Shown: in pieces, positions 13,060-24,969 of the stretch
How positions within the stretch are numbered: position 1 is the first letter of the stretch
Layout of the letters: every line of letters starts with the position of its first letter
Origin: Rhina ancylostomus
Taxonomy: Eukaryota
NCBI GenBank assembly: GCA_030265395.1
Contig: JARFYF010000017.1
Coordinates: 34,404,229-34,468,228, forward strand
DNA length: 64,000 nucleotides
Direction: 5' to 3'
Program-made: the position numbers and the translations under genes
The notes under the pieces: generated by a model
Database searches by the model: none
What the model was told of the DNA's origin: nothing
The model's input: only the letters and a program-made list of their open reading frames with translations

Positions 13060-13670
13060 GAACTACCCATTCATGTTGCAGTTATTACAATGGAATGCAG
13101 CAAGTATGTTCTTTGCAAGCAGCTCTTAAAGGAACATATTTCTCTACAAGCAACACTTTCAGCTATGGGGAAATAGGAGTGATTCCAATGAAAGAATGGA
13201 TGTAGCTGTGTGGAGGGGTGTGGATGCCGGAGAGTGCCCCCATTGGTCAAAGAGACCTGGGCAAACTGATGAAGATCACTGCCTGCAGGCGAAATGTCTT
13301 ATGTTCATAGGGCCACAAGATTCTCTGGGTTTTCAGCCAGGTGCTCCTAGTAGGAGGTTGCTGAGGGATGTTCCTGCAATGATATGAATACAGACTCTGA
13401 AAGCCTGCATGTTGGAGATGCCTGCAGGTCAGGGGAATGCCTGTGACCACTGTCTGCTCCCGTGGGCTAAAGGAAAAGGTGAAGTCTTCCCACCTTGAGT
13501 ATGGAGTTTGGGGGCCCTCCCTATTGTAGCAGGTGTACCAGAGATGCGCAGCAGCTCCCTGGAATGACGCTGAGGCTAGGAAGCTGAGGATGACCATGAC
13601 CTCCATGGTCAAAGTTGTCAATATGAGATTGCATTTGAGGTTGTAGGAGCTCACTGATCTGAGCTTTGAG
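13060..13670 (-). pseudogene. PIF/Harbinger transposase relic (copy 2)
   Basis: Motifs in the expected order: ISELLQPQMQ; LTMEVMVILSFLASASFQGAAAHL (family VKVTVALNFFASGSFQ); GISNMQAFRVCIHI (family GFPRVQGAIDCTHI); LLVEKYVPLR (family LLGDKGYPL). Frameshifted. Confidence 0.7.
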
Positions 13671-14999
13671 TGTTGGCCCTTTAAGTAGCCCAGTAAAAGG
13701 AGATACAGGGTTAATAAAATCTAGCTGTTCTGTGTATAAATAGGTAGTTGTCATTATTCAGACCTGATTGATAGAAAATCTTCCTGCAGACCACCCACAT
13801 TCTTAAGCAGGCAAAGTCCAATCTCTCCCATCTCCTCAACCAAGCTCCACCCTACCTCTTTGATCAAGCCCCTGAAGAGTTCAATGTCCAAATTCGAACC
13901 CCTGCCAGCCACTTACCTGATTCACAACTGAACCCCAGCCAATTCTGGTTGCCTACCACCTCATTCCTCCACTTTCCACTCCAATCCCTACTCCTCGCCC
14001 TACTCCCATCTCCACACTACCCCCATCCCAACCACCTGCTCCCCAGCCACTGCCAGCTTCCCACTGTGTTCCACCCAATATTCTGATCTTCAGTCAAACC
14101 CTAGGACCTGTCAGAGCCAAGGATCACCAACTCCATCTCCCAACCTCAACACTTCACCTCCCTAACCTCCGCCTCAGTCCCAGGGAGCACTATTTCACTT
14201 GTGAAAACACCTAATGCCCATTCATTACCCAAGGTGACTGGTTTACATTGTAGTCATTGGCACATTGCCACAGCAATGAACTAACATACCCATTAGACCA
14301 GACGAGAATTTCTCAGCAACAAGGCCTGGATCAAAGGCTGAGAAACTATTTAATATTGAACTGTTAAGATTTCATCAGGTCATTAACCTCAATCAAAGAG
14401 GGTGACAGTACCTGAGAAGATGGATCTGTTAATAATAACAGTTAACATGAGAGCCAGGAAAGGGAATGGGAGGAGAGGAATTTAGTGACAGCATTATTAA
14501 GGAAGGAGGATATGGTCTCATGGATAACATAAGCTCAGAGGGACCATGGTGGGATATAGGAGAGAAACTGGAGAAAGACGCAAATTAGTGGTGAGATAGG
14601 GGACGCCCATTGGGGAGGAAATAGCAGACCAGGTGGTCGCAATCTTAGTAACAAAGAAATCAGTTGTTGAAGATGAGAGTGGAGGTGACCAGGGAGAATG
14701 GCTGAACAAAGCAGTCTCTAGGACAGAAAAGAAGCCAGGAGATATTTTTGCAGTCACAGATGATCCTGGATTAGGGAATAATTTCAACAGGCCAGATCAG
14801 GGCCTAGTAATACATCCTGTGGTCTGACAGCAGTTGAATAAACCATATCCCCTTGACTTTAGGGAGCAGAGAGGAAAGCTGCACCAGGGGAATTGCTTGG
14901 CCGGGAGAAAGTAATGATTTAAGAAGCAATGGGTCATTAATGTGGAGGTGAAGGTAAAGTTGAACAGATCAGTAGGTGCAGAAATGTTACAGTAACTCC

Positions 15000-15300
15000 A
15001 TCTTCTTTACCTTCTTCGGCAATTCCAGTAAGTCCAGGAATGACTTACTTTCACTCTATCCTTATGGGTTCTGTGATGGCTGATGGGGCCATGTTGGCAT
15101 CTTCGGACTCTGCCTGAGCTGGGCCAGGAGAAGGTCGAAGGGAGAGGTGAGTAGATAGCTTGCGAAGTGGTGTGCTGCTTCTGCCGTTTTCGATTGGTTT
15201 CCATGTGCTCTTGATGAAGAGGCACAACGGTCACAGGGCCATCTTGGATATTTCTTTTCCATTTTGGGCTCATGGGCTAGAGATTCCCATCAGCTGGTGA
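15000..15300 (-). mobile_element. RTE-clade LINE 3' end nested in L2
   Basis: ORF 15007-15273 PKWKRNIQDG...EHMETNRKRQK...SWPSSGRVRRCQHGPISHHRTH resembles the RTE C-terminal CxxC...GLISHLRTH region. An AAG-rich tail follows. Confidence 0.75.
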
Positions 15301-15794
15301 GGACGTTACATTCACAAATCACGGGATATTACTAATCTAAATTTGGACAGTGTTTTTTCCAAGGCAGACACAGAAAGAAGTAAGGATCATAGGATGAAGG
15401 AACATATGGATGGAGTGCAATGCAAGGAATGGGATACATGGGATTGAGATCGTGGGAGCAGTGAGGACATACAAGATGGTCAAGGGAGTAACTGTGAAAC
15501 TGGTTTGAGGAGGTTACATGAAGGAGGATTAAAGGGTTAAAGTGCTCAGAAGAAAGAGTATGATGAATTGTGATGGAGGTTGAAATCACTCAGGCTGAGG
15601 GAGAACATGAGGACAGAAGAAGATAAGGAGCAGGAGGAGGCTACCTGTTTTTTCAGGCCTTCCCTGCCGATTAATATCACATTACTGAGCTGCCTCTTCT
15701 GTGCCAATTCCCCATAGTTCTCAAAAAGAAGAGATATTGGTGAGAAAATGTTCATTGTACTATGGTTCAGTGAGGCACAAGAAGTTGATGAGAA

Positions 15795-15960
15795 TTCAAA
15801 CACTGCAGGTGCTAGAAAGTTGAAATAAAAACAGAAAGTCCTGAGATAGCAGATCTGGCAGCATCTGTGGAAAGATCATCGACTTGTATTATTGACTCTG
15901 CTTCACTCTCCATGGATGCCTGATCTGCTGCTGAATATTTCCAGCATTTTCTGTTTTAAT
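15795..15960. mobile_element. Inverted pair of Penelope-type terminal repeats (fold-back remnant)
   Basis: CTGCAGGTGCTAGAAAGTTGAAATAAAAACAGAAA..GGCAGCATCTGTGGA followed by an inverted copy ..CTGCTGAATATTTCCAGCATTTTCTGTTTT. The same motif occurs at 21.9, 24.2, 25.0, 25.7 and 56.2 kb next to GIY-YIG remnants. Confidence 0.7.
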
Positions 15961-17444
15961 GTTATGAAAGATGGATGAGATGCTCAATGCATGAGAAAGC
16001 ACCAGTGGAATTAAGGGAAAGACCAAGGGGTGATTTGGTGATTAAGAGATTAAGCACCATACTGTTACCAAAATGGTCAGGATGGGGCAGTTGCTGGAGG
16101 GTAGAGCCAGGCAAGGAGGCAACATTGAAGTGAAATCACCCTCAGCTATTCAACTTTCCGGCCATAAATTGGCACAAATAGCCTCAATAAACTCATGAAT
16201 GGCAAGGATCTCCCTCACATTCTGGAAGGAGATGCCGATGGGGATCTCTGGTCCACTGGCAGAGTCCGTAAGGTTATAATGGGTGGGATGACCTGTGGCA
16301 CATGTTTAAACTTAAAAGTTCATGTTATTATTACCCTAACTGAGAGATAACTCATACTGAAATTAGTAACCCACCTTGCCTCCAGGAGGTTGCTTCACAG
16401 TGAAAGGGCACAGGCTTAATGGTGACATTAACAGATCAAAGACAACTTCCCAAAATGCTGGTAATTTCAGCACATTTAAACTATCCCAGCCCACTCCCAA
16501 AACTATGCACTCGCATGACTTACAATTCAGCCTTTTGGAGGTACATGTATAATATGCATACAATTGGGTACATGGCCCTTTTCAAGCTGGGCTGCTGGAG
16601 ATTTCATGGACTTCATCATTCAAACTGTTCCTTTCAGCCATGTTCTAAGCATCTGATAGACCACATTCTATTGTAAGTGTGCATTACCGCGATATTCATC
16701 CCTAGCTGATAGCAGTACATTGGCCATGTAGTCACACCAGTGTGTTGTACTTTGCTTCTGTTCTATCAACTTCATTGGAATGAATTTTAAAGGCAACATA
16801 CAATGTATAAATGTCACAGTATTGGGCCAAGCAGAGATGAATTCCTGAGCATATTTATTCATGTATTGGAATCACACAATGGCTTACCCATCTTAACACC
16901 CTGCAACCTCTTCTCTAATATGCTACAAATATAATATTTCTAAATTTAGAAAATGAAATGCTGCTGATTTTTCACCCAAATATATGTGAGCATCAATAAT
17001 GAACTGACACCCACTAGGCTTTGGGGATACTGACAGCGGGATATAGAACATGCAGAGCATATAAAGAGAGGTATTCCATCCGTTTTACAATGGGTGTACA
17101 TCACATTTTTCAATTTGAATACATAGCCACATTAGTACAGATTTTGACTTTCAACAATTTGTTGAACACAAGTGTTTTTAAGTTTACTTCTTGTATCGAT
17201 TTTCTGAGATGAAATAATCCTATAAGCCAACATTAATAAAGAGTCTAAAGTCCCTCTTCAGTTTGATGAGGAGCCAGCAGTGGGAGTAGGAGTTGAAACA
17301 ATTGAGTATGGTCGGTCTGAACAGACTACATTATTATTTGAGAGGTTTTATTTTGTATTATAATAAACATTGCATAAAAGATGCCTTGATGCTATTAAAA
17401 ATCCCATCCAAGCAGCCTGCATTCAAAATCTTGAGAGTTCAGCA

Positions 17445-17785
17445 CAAGAAATAAAGAGAAAATGTCCCCATTAGCAGCATGGCTAAGGACCAGAGGACAC
17501 AGATTTAATGAGATTAACAAAAGATCAATGCGTGATGTGAGGAAAAGTTCTTTTATGCAGCAAGTAGTTATGATCTGCAATGAAGTGCTGAAAAGTATGG
17601 TCACTGAAGATTCAAGTATGGATTTCAAAAGAGAATTGGATAAATATTTTAAGATTTAAAAAAAAATTCCAGCATTACAGAGTAAGTGTGGGGAAATGGA
17701 ACTTAATGGATTGGTCAATGAAAAGTAGGCATGGATTTAAGGGCCAAATGGCTTCCTTTAATGGCTGTAATGATTTTATGATTCT
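17445..17785 (+). mobile_element. CR1 LINE 3' fragment
   Basis: ORF 17462-17659 RTRGHRF...RKSSFMQQVVMICN...FKRELDKY. 3' end GGCCAAATGGCTTCCT...ATGATTCT. Confidence 0.85.
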
Positions 17786-19294
17786 GCAAACTTAAAATTA
17801 GCCTGCATTTTAGCATTCAGATAATTATAATTTGTAATGGACCACCAATATTTATCTAAACACACAGTGTGTGTACCCAGTGTAATCTTGACCTAACTGG
17901 AATAGTTTTGGCAAAGACTTGGTCAAATTTAACTTTGTTTGCAATCTGCATTGTCTTATATTTCATATTCCTTACAGATCAGGCCAGCCTTGTTGAAACA
18001 ATGTGACTTTGAGTACTGTCTGGATTCTGAACTGGATTTTGTTCAAGGCAATTGTTAATTTGCCTAAAGGAAACTAATTTTGCTGATTAATTTGCATAAT
18101 GTGATTTATGGAAAAAGGTGTACCCTTGATGGTTGATCAAATTTACCAATTTCACTTACAAAGAATGGATGAACCTTGACACAGTGGTGTCTAAACCCAA
18201 TTAGAAATGATTTCATTTAGCATCCAATGGTTCACATTCAAATTCATCGCTCTAGCGATATTTTCAGATTGCAGGCAAATGACTACATCATCAATGTAGA
18301 AGCAAATGGTGAATGAACATTATACATCATTAATAAGAAATCATTAAAATGCAAAGAAGTTGTTTCTGAGTGACCAGTCTCTCCCAATTACCATCAAACA
18401 GGTAATAATTCTTATACTTTAAAATGGCTCATCCAGCAATTTATTTTAATCTTTTTCAATGCAGGATTTAATGGCCAACAATAACCAATAGCAGAAGTTG
18501 CTCCCATTTTCTCTGTAATTGAGAACAACAATTAAAACAATGAAACTGAATCCAGCATTGACATCCAATAAATTTAAACAAAGTAAAAGGGAAGAAACAC
18601 GCCAGAGAAGGCGAAGAGAGCAGATTTGGAAACAATCATGTATGCTCCTAGGATCCATTCCTGACCTTGAGACAAGCTCGGGTCCATTAACATCACTCCT
18701 ACCAGTGAGTTGTCAGCTAACAAATTTCAGTTTCATGTTAAGGTTTGGTTATAATTTATAGCAACTCTCCTGTGCTGAATAAGTGTTGTGAAAGCAGCTT
18801 CTGCCAGATGAGCCGTTAAACAAAGCCCGACCTGAGTATTGAAGGAAAATGGAGCTCTTCTCATAATCTCACCAACTTTACCCCCTTGACAATACAACAA
18901 GATATTGATTTTGTTGCTACTTTTGATGATTATTCATGCCGAATATTTGCCATATTGTCTATACTTTAATAGTTAGTGCAAATTCATTCAGGCTTGTCAT
19001 AAACAACCTAATATATTGGACAAATAACAATTTGTTGTAGGAATCAGTTACAAAGGCAGCACTTACAATGAATTAAGTGCACTGACTATTTCAAATGATT
19101 TAAATATGTTTGCCCTGTGCTTATCGATTTAAAAGGCTCCACTAATTTCATGCAAAATTAGGTCTTCAAACATTTTCACTCAGCTTTTCACATTTGATGA
19201 GACTTTGGATGCAAATATTAATGAGAGTCAGCTGTTAACTGGAGACTTACATGTTTTCCCTAAAATAATGATATTTTAGCATTTTAGGTATCTG

Positions 19295-19500
19295 TCATAG
19301 CTTTTGGTAGCACTCTAATCTCCATTATGTCTTCAAGTAGAATCAGAAGCTTATGGACCTCGTTTCACCAGAGAGACTTGAGTACACATTCTAAACTAAC
19401 ACTCCAGTGCAGTACTGAGGGAACAGTGTTTTGCTAGAGAGGCTGTCCTTCAACTGTGAGATTAAGCTGAAATCTAGTCTCTAGCTCATCAGGTAAATGG
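19295..19500 (+). mobile_element. DeuSINE-like (SacSINE1-type) SINE, 5' part
   Basis: GGTAGCACTCT...AATCAGAAG...AGAGACTTGAGTACACATTCTAAACTAACACTCCAGTGCAGTACTGAGGGA...GGCTGTCCTTC resembles the tRNA head plus Deu domain of shark DeuSINEs as I recall them. Confidence 0.65.
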
Positions 19501-19859
19501 AACCAAATGTGTGACTTGTAATCTATGTTCTGTCACATTTCATGCAACTAAAATGGTGAAATAAAATCATTTCATTTTGAAATGGATCCAACATTTGTTC
19601 ACCTACTGACAACTATCGTAAGAGCTGACCTTGAGTAAATATATTTTGGTGGCAAGTATTACATTTTAGGCCACATGTACATTTAATTAGATGAAACTAC
19701 TCCTTTACATTTTCACACCTGCACCTTCACATATTGTTCCAAAGACATAAAGGTGCAAATCTTCCGATGACCTACCAATATGCACTCACAATTTACAGTG
19801 GCATTCACTTCCAGAATTTTCTGTTTTCCCACTGACCCTTACTTTCATGTCTTCTAATT

Positions 19860-20015
19860 GGCTATTGCATTTATTGCTATATCTTTTGATGGCCCACTAG
19901 CACTCAATACCATATCGTCTGCTGGGCTGCTGGTACTCACTTCTGTCTTTTTTCATGCCCCATTGGTACTCACTCCCATATTTTCCAATGACCCACTGGT
20001 ATTCACTCCCATAAC
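19860..20015. repeat. Degenerate 33-bp minisatellite (about 4-5 units)
   Basis: Units such as ATGCCCCATTGGTACTCACTCCCATATTTTCCA and ATGACCCACTGGTATTCACTCCCATAACT. They produce an 11-aa periodicity in ORF 19858-20109. Confidence 0.75.
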
Positions 20016-20264
20016 TGTCAGAATTTATGGGCTTCTTTTATCAGAGGATATACAACCTGGCTTGGGTGTCCATTTTGCCTACCTTCACACCAGCCTCCCG
20101 TCAATCTAGCAAGAGCTCTGCTTTGATGTAGAGCTTTTCAGTGAGCTCGGTCTCCAAGCATTACCTTTCAGCCTCTGCATTGCAGATAGTCCCCCTTACT
20201 AGTGATTCAGGGAGTGCTGACTTGAGTTGGCACACCTTCTCTGCTGGAATTGCTGGAATGGGGT

Positions 20265-20480
20265 CACATAAAAAACTCAATCTGTTCAGTCTTTCCTCAA
20301 AACTACAATTTTCCAATCCTGGGAACATTTTCAAAAAAAGCCTTTTATTTATCTTTGTTGTAAGTAGTAACCAGAACTGTATGCAGTAGTCAAGCTGCGG
20401 TCTAGATAATTCTAGCATAACTTCCCTTCTCTTATATTCTATGCCTCAGTTATTAAAGGAACAATCCTGTATGTCTTTGC
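20265..20480 (-). mobile_element. CR1 LINE fragment
   Basis: ORF 20161-20418 RPQLDYCIQFW...MFPGLENCSFEERLNRL. Confidence 0.75.
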
Positions 20481-22672
20481 AGTTAATTTGAATATTATGT
20501 TATTTCAACTCAGAAAATAAGCATCAAGAAGTTAATTGACTATTGCAGCATTACTATAGGTTGTTATGTATCTTCAGTACAGGTTATCTGTGCTGATGAA
20601 ATCTCCACAATTGGGTTTGAACTCTAGAACTTCAGACACAATGCACAGACTCAAGAGAACAATTGTGTTATTTTTCAGATATTAAAAACTGCAGTAGGTG
20701 GAGCTTTAAACCTTCAGAAGGTCGGTTTGCTTGCCCATGTCTAACTGGCACTTGAAAGAGAGCTTGCCACGTTCACTAGATCAATGTGCACCAGAAGTTA
20801 TTATGTGTTAGGTTGTCACATACAAAAATATGATTTAAATCATGATTCATTCTTTTTTTTTGTTTCAGATATGATATATTTCTAAATTATTCTGTTAGTT
20901 GTGCCATATCTCTGTGGGCTTGGACAGAATGCTTTTTTTCTGCAGTTAGAATGACAAAGTTATCACTACTTTCACATTCAGAAATACTTCACAAGCAATG
21001 AAATATTTTGGCAGGGCATTCAGTGTTGTGCCCCAAAGTGATTCATTACTGAATGTCCATTACTGTACAATAGCCAAATAGGAATTTCATTTGCCTTCCC
21101 TTCAGGGTGCCTTATGTTTACCCACAACAAATGTTATATTAATTTCCATATTCACTTTTATGTGTTTTTACAAGTTTCTTGTGATATTAGATTCTTTCCT
21201 GCCTTTAAAGACTAATCATAATCCAAATAACTTTTAAAAGTTATTGCATTACGTGTTTGGTTTGGAGGTGTTTCCTTCAGCGACTCATCATGAATGCAGG
21301 TGAAAATTGGCCATGTGGTCCAGCAGACCTTCGCTGACCACATGACCTACTGAATTTCAGAGGATACAAATCCTCCAGGTATTGCATGTAAAACCAGTGG
21401 GGGAGTGGATACATTTAATGTCAATCTGGGAACAGAAGATCTGCCCCCAAAATTCTAAAAATTGCTTACTATACTTAGTGCATGAGTGAACCAGACATGC
21501 AGAGTAGAGTAGTTTCAAGAGCCTTTGACTGATGATNNNNNNNNNNGTCTCTTCTGGGCACAATTACTGAGTCATAAAATCTATTTTCCTGACAAAGCTT
21601 TCCAATATATTGAGTGAATCTTGGTAAACTTAGGAAAATGAACTTGTGTAAGTGGTTTATAACAATGTTGAGGCTATCTGTACAAATTCAATTAAAGATT
21701 ATTGTGTTTTCTCTTTTCACTGATTAGAAGAACAATCCTGGCTGAAGCATTCCACATCGGTAGAAATGAGTGATCATGCTTTCAGTTCTCAGTGTAATAG
21801 TAATTATTTGAAAGCTTAACAAATGATTATTTTCACTCATTTCATTACATTTAAAAAATGCACGATGTACAGAGGAAGTATTGTGACATTAAATAAAGTT
21901 AGAAAAATGTTGGAAATACTCAGCAGGTCACGCAACATCTGTAGGGGGAGAGTCAGAGCTATCCTATAATCAATGATTTTTCATAATTGTAATTTTAAAG
22001 ATATGTTTTAATGCAATTGCATGTTGGGGTTCTAATTGGCCTACCTTTATACTTGCATGAAATTGGCCCACCTTTATACTTCCTGTGAAAAACAGGGAAT
22101 TGTTCCAATGGAACTCTGGTGCCTCTGAAATGTCTTCCTCCTTCCTGAAGTGTGGCTTCCTCTGTGCCATAGCAGAAGCTCTCAACTCCATTCCCTCTAT
22201 TTCCCACACCTCTGCTCTCATCTCCTCTCCACAGGGACAAAACAAAGACAGAGATCCCCCTGGTACTCACCTTCTCCCCCACCGGCCTTCACATTCAACA
22301 TATTATTCTCTGCAATTGCCGCCAGCTCCAACGTGATCCCACCCACCAGTCATATCTTCCCCTCTCCTCTGCTTTCTGCATTTCACAGGAACCTGTAACT
22401 TCATGACTCCCTAGCCCCCCTTCTGTCCCCACACTCAACTCCCTGTCTCATTGAACCTTTCCATGAAAACAGAGCAGGTGCAACACCTCTTCCCTTCTCA
22501 GCATTCTGGGACCAAAATAATCATTTCAGGTGAAGCAATGATTCACTTGCTCTTCTTCCAATCCGGGCTACTGCAATCAGTGTTCACAATGTGGTCTCCT
22601 CTTCGCTGGAGAAAACAAATGTAGATTGGGTGACCACTTTGTAAAGCACCTGCACTTAGGCCACTGGTGTTA

Positions 22673-23820
22673 CATAGAAAATCGAACAGTATAGCACAGT
22701 ATGGGCCCTTCAGCCCATGATGTAGTGCCAACCTAAATAAACACCTACTCCTTAATCAATCTAACCCTTCCCTCCTACCAGCCCATAACTCTCCATTTTC
22801 CTTACATCCACGTGCCTATCAAAGATTTCCCTGTTGCTTCAGCCTCTTCCACCATTCTCAGCGGTGTGTAGGTTTTTTACACTCTCTGTGTAAAAAAACC
22901 TATCTCTTACATCCCCCCTAAACTTTCCTCCTCTGACCTTAAACTGATGTCCTCTGGTATTGGCCATTGCTGCCCTGGGAAAAAGGTGCCTGCTGTCCAT
23001 TCTATCTATACCCCTCATAATCTTATACACCTCTAACAAGTCGCCTCTCATCCTGTGTTGCTCCAAAGAGAAAAGCCCTAGCTTGTTCAACCTTTCCTCA
23101 TAAGACATGTTCTCTAATCTAGGCAGCATCCTGGTAAATCTCCTCTGCACCTTCTCTAAAGCTTCCACATCCTTCCTGTAATGAGGCGACCAGAAATGAA
23201 CACAATACTCTAAGTGTGGTCTAACCTGGGTTTTATAGAGCTGCAACATTACTTCATGGCTCTTGAACTCAATCCTCTGGCTAATGAAGGCCAGCACACA
23301 ATATGCCTTCTTAACCACCCTATCAGGTTGCATGACAACTTTAAGGGATCTATGGATGTGGACCCCAAGATCCCTCTGTTCCTCCGCACTGCTGAGAATC
23401 CTGCTATTAACCTTGTACTTTGCCTTCAAGTTCATTCTTCCAAAGTGTATCATTTCACACTTTTCCGGATTGAACTCCACCTGCCACTTCTCCACCCAAC
23501 TCTGCATCCTGTCTATATCCTGGTGTAACCTACGACATCTACACCTTCTACACTATCTACAACACCTCCAAACTTCATGTCATCTGCAAACTTACTAACT
23601 CATCCCTCCACTTCCTCATCCAAGTCATTTATAAGAATCACAAAGAGCAGGGGTCTCAGAACAGAGCCCTGCAGAACACCACTAGTCACCAACCTCCAGG
23701 TAGAATGCTCTCCATCTACTACCACCCTCTGTCTTCTGTGGGCAAGCCGATTCTGAATCCACGTAACCAAATCTCTGTGGATTCCATGCCTCAATGACTT
23801 TCTGGACGAGCTTCTGGATA
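22673..23820 (-). mobile_element. Relatively young CR1 LINE 3' portion with 6-bp target-site duplication
   Basis: 222-aa open RT C-terminal ORF 22839-23507 plus [22 protein letters not shown] (23600-23869). GTGTTA flanks both ends (22667-22672 and 23821-23826). Confidence 0.95.
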
Positions 23821-24187
23821 GTGTTATCCTTAGCTTCCTGTTGCCTGCCACTTTAATTCTCAATCCCACCTCTTTTCTGACATCTGTCTGTTGCCTCCTT
23901 CATTGCCATGGTGAGGTTCAGTGTCAATTAGAGGAGCAACATCTTTTCTTCCTTCTGGGAACTTTGCAACCTTCTGGCATGAACACTGAATTTTGCAATG
24001 TCAGGTAACTTCTCTCTCATTTCCCATTATCTTGCTTACATCCTTTCCCACATTGCTTGTATAAAATGCCTTCTTCATGTTCAGCACTTGTGCTCCTCAT
24101 CGCCTGAGCTGTCCATATGGTCTTTCGACTTACACTTCACTCTTGTCCCCAACTCTGTTTAGAAAACTGCAAACCCTCCAATCCTTC

Positions 24188-24224
24188 AGTTCTGAGGAAG
24201 GGTCCTTGGCTCGAAATATTAACT
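24188..24224 (+). ncRNA. Minimal type-I hammerhead ribozyme-like motif in Penelope terminal repeat
   Basis: AGTT-CTGAGGA-A-GGGTC-CTT-GGCTC-GAAA-TA-TT-AACT. It has the CUGANGA and GAAA boxes, stem I AGTT/AACT and stem II with G.U pairs. Confidence 0.6.
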
Positions 24225-24589
24225 TCTTTCTCTTCCTCCAGATGCTGTTTGATTGGCTGAGTTCTCCCAGCGTCTTCTGTTTTTGATCCTTTCTATGAAT
24301 TTCATTTAACGTAAGGGTTGCTGTGATGAAATTTTATAAATTACTTGCAATTAACCTATATTAAATCATATAAGCCTGGCCATTTTCTCATGACCTTTGA
24401 TATTTACAAGCACATCCTTCCCACCATAATTGGTGACCACAAGCTTAACAAGACCAAATATCAACAACTTGCCTCAGGAATAGGATAGTAAATTGGAATC
24501 CTGCAGTCAGCAGCTCATTCCCTAGCCAGTGTAAGCTTCTTCACCTTCTATAGTTCTTTAAATCAAGAACAACAAAGTCATAATTTAAG

Positions 24590-24755
24590 TGGAATTCAAC
24601 AAAGAGTCCAGAGGTTGCTGTTCCTCAAGCTTGCCCTGGGCTTCATTGTGGCAGTATGGGAGGCCACAGACCAACAGGTCAGAATGGGAGTGGGATGAAG
24701 ATTTAAAGTGGCAGACAACAGGTAGCCCAGGGTTACCCTTGTGGACTGAATGAGT
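24590..24755 (-). mobile_element. Penelope-like GIY-YIG C-terminal fragment
   Basis: Minus strand gives LPVVCHF..SHSHSDLLVCGLPYCHNEAQGKLEEQ, homologous to 23830-24000. Confidence 0.8.
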
Positions 24756-24969
24756 CTAGTGGAGCTGTTTGTGAGGGAAGACATTTGAAGAAACACTCAC
24801 TGATTTTGACCACGTGAGGTCATTGAAATTTGTGCGGCACAAAGTTGAAAACTGGAGCTGCATTCTTGGAAATGAGCTTAACAGAGGTCTGCTCCACTGC
24901 CACTTCTGATGTTTTCCTTCACCCCGTGCAGTTAGAGGACCTCTCCTCTTCTCCAGTAAATTAAAATTG

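Larger units (their letters stand above)
14380..16300 (-). mobile_element. Old L2-clade LINE relic (APE endonuclease to pre-RT region), interrupted twice
   Basis: Minus-strand remnants in order: ISFQNVR..LAIHEFI (about 16200), LITKSPLG (about 16030), LSDFNLH (about 15590, APE GDFN motif), DFFVTKIATTWSA (about 14650). Confidence 0.7.
22105..24285 (+). mobile_element. Penelope-like element (RT thumb/linker, GIY-YIG endonuclease and 3' terminal repeat), split by a CR1
   Basis: ASEMSSSFLKCGF...QNKDR; HIFPSPLLSAF; FQVKQ*FTCSSS..CSQCGL..GE..RLGDHF (GIY-YIG region). It resumes after 23820 with LPVACHFNS...LEEQHLFFLLGTLQPSGMNTEF. Terminal repeat at about 24180-24285. Confidence 0.9.

Noticed and set aside
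22034-22088. 27-bp tandem duplication (also a 15-bp triple repeat at about 27665-27710)
   Set aside because: Only 2-3 units without spacers. These are ordinary slippage products at element junctions, not CRISPR-like arrays.
22839-23507. 222-aa ORF, the longest gap-free ORF in the window
   Set aside because: It is the C-terminal part of a 5'-truncated CR1 reverse transcriptase, not a host gene.
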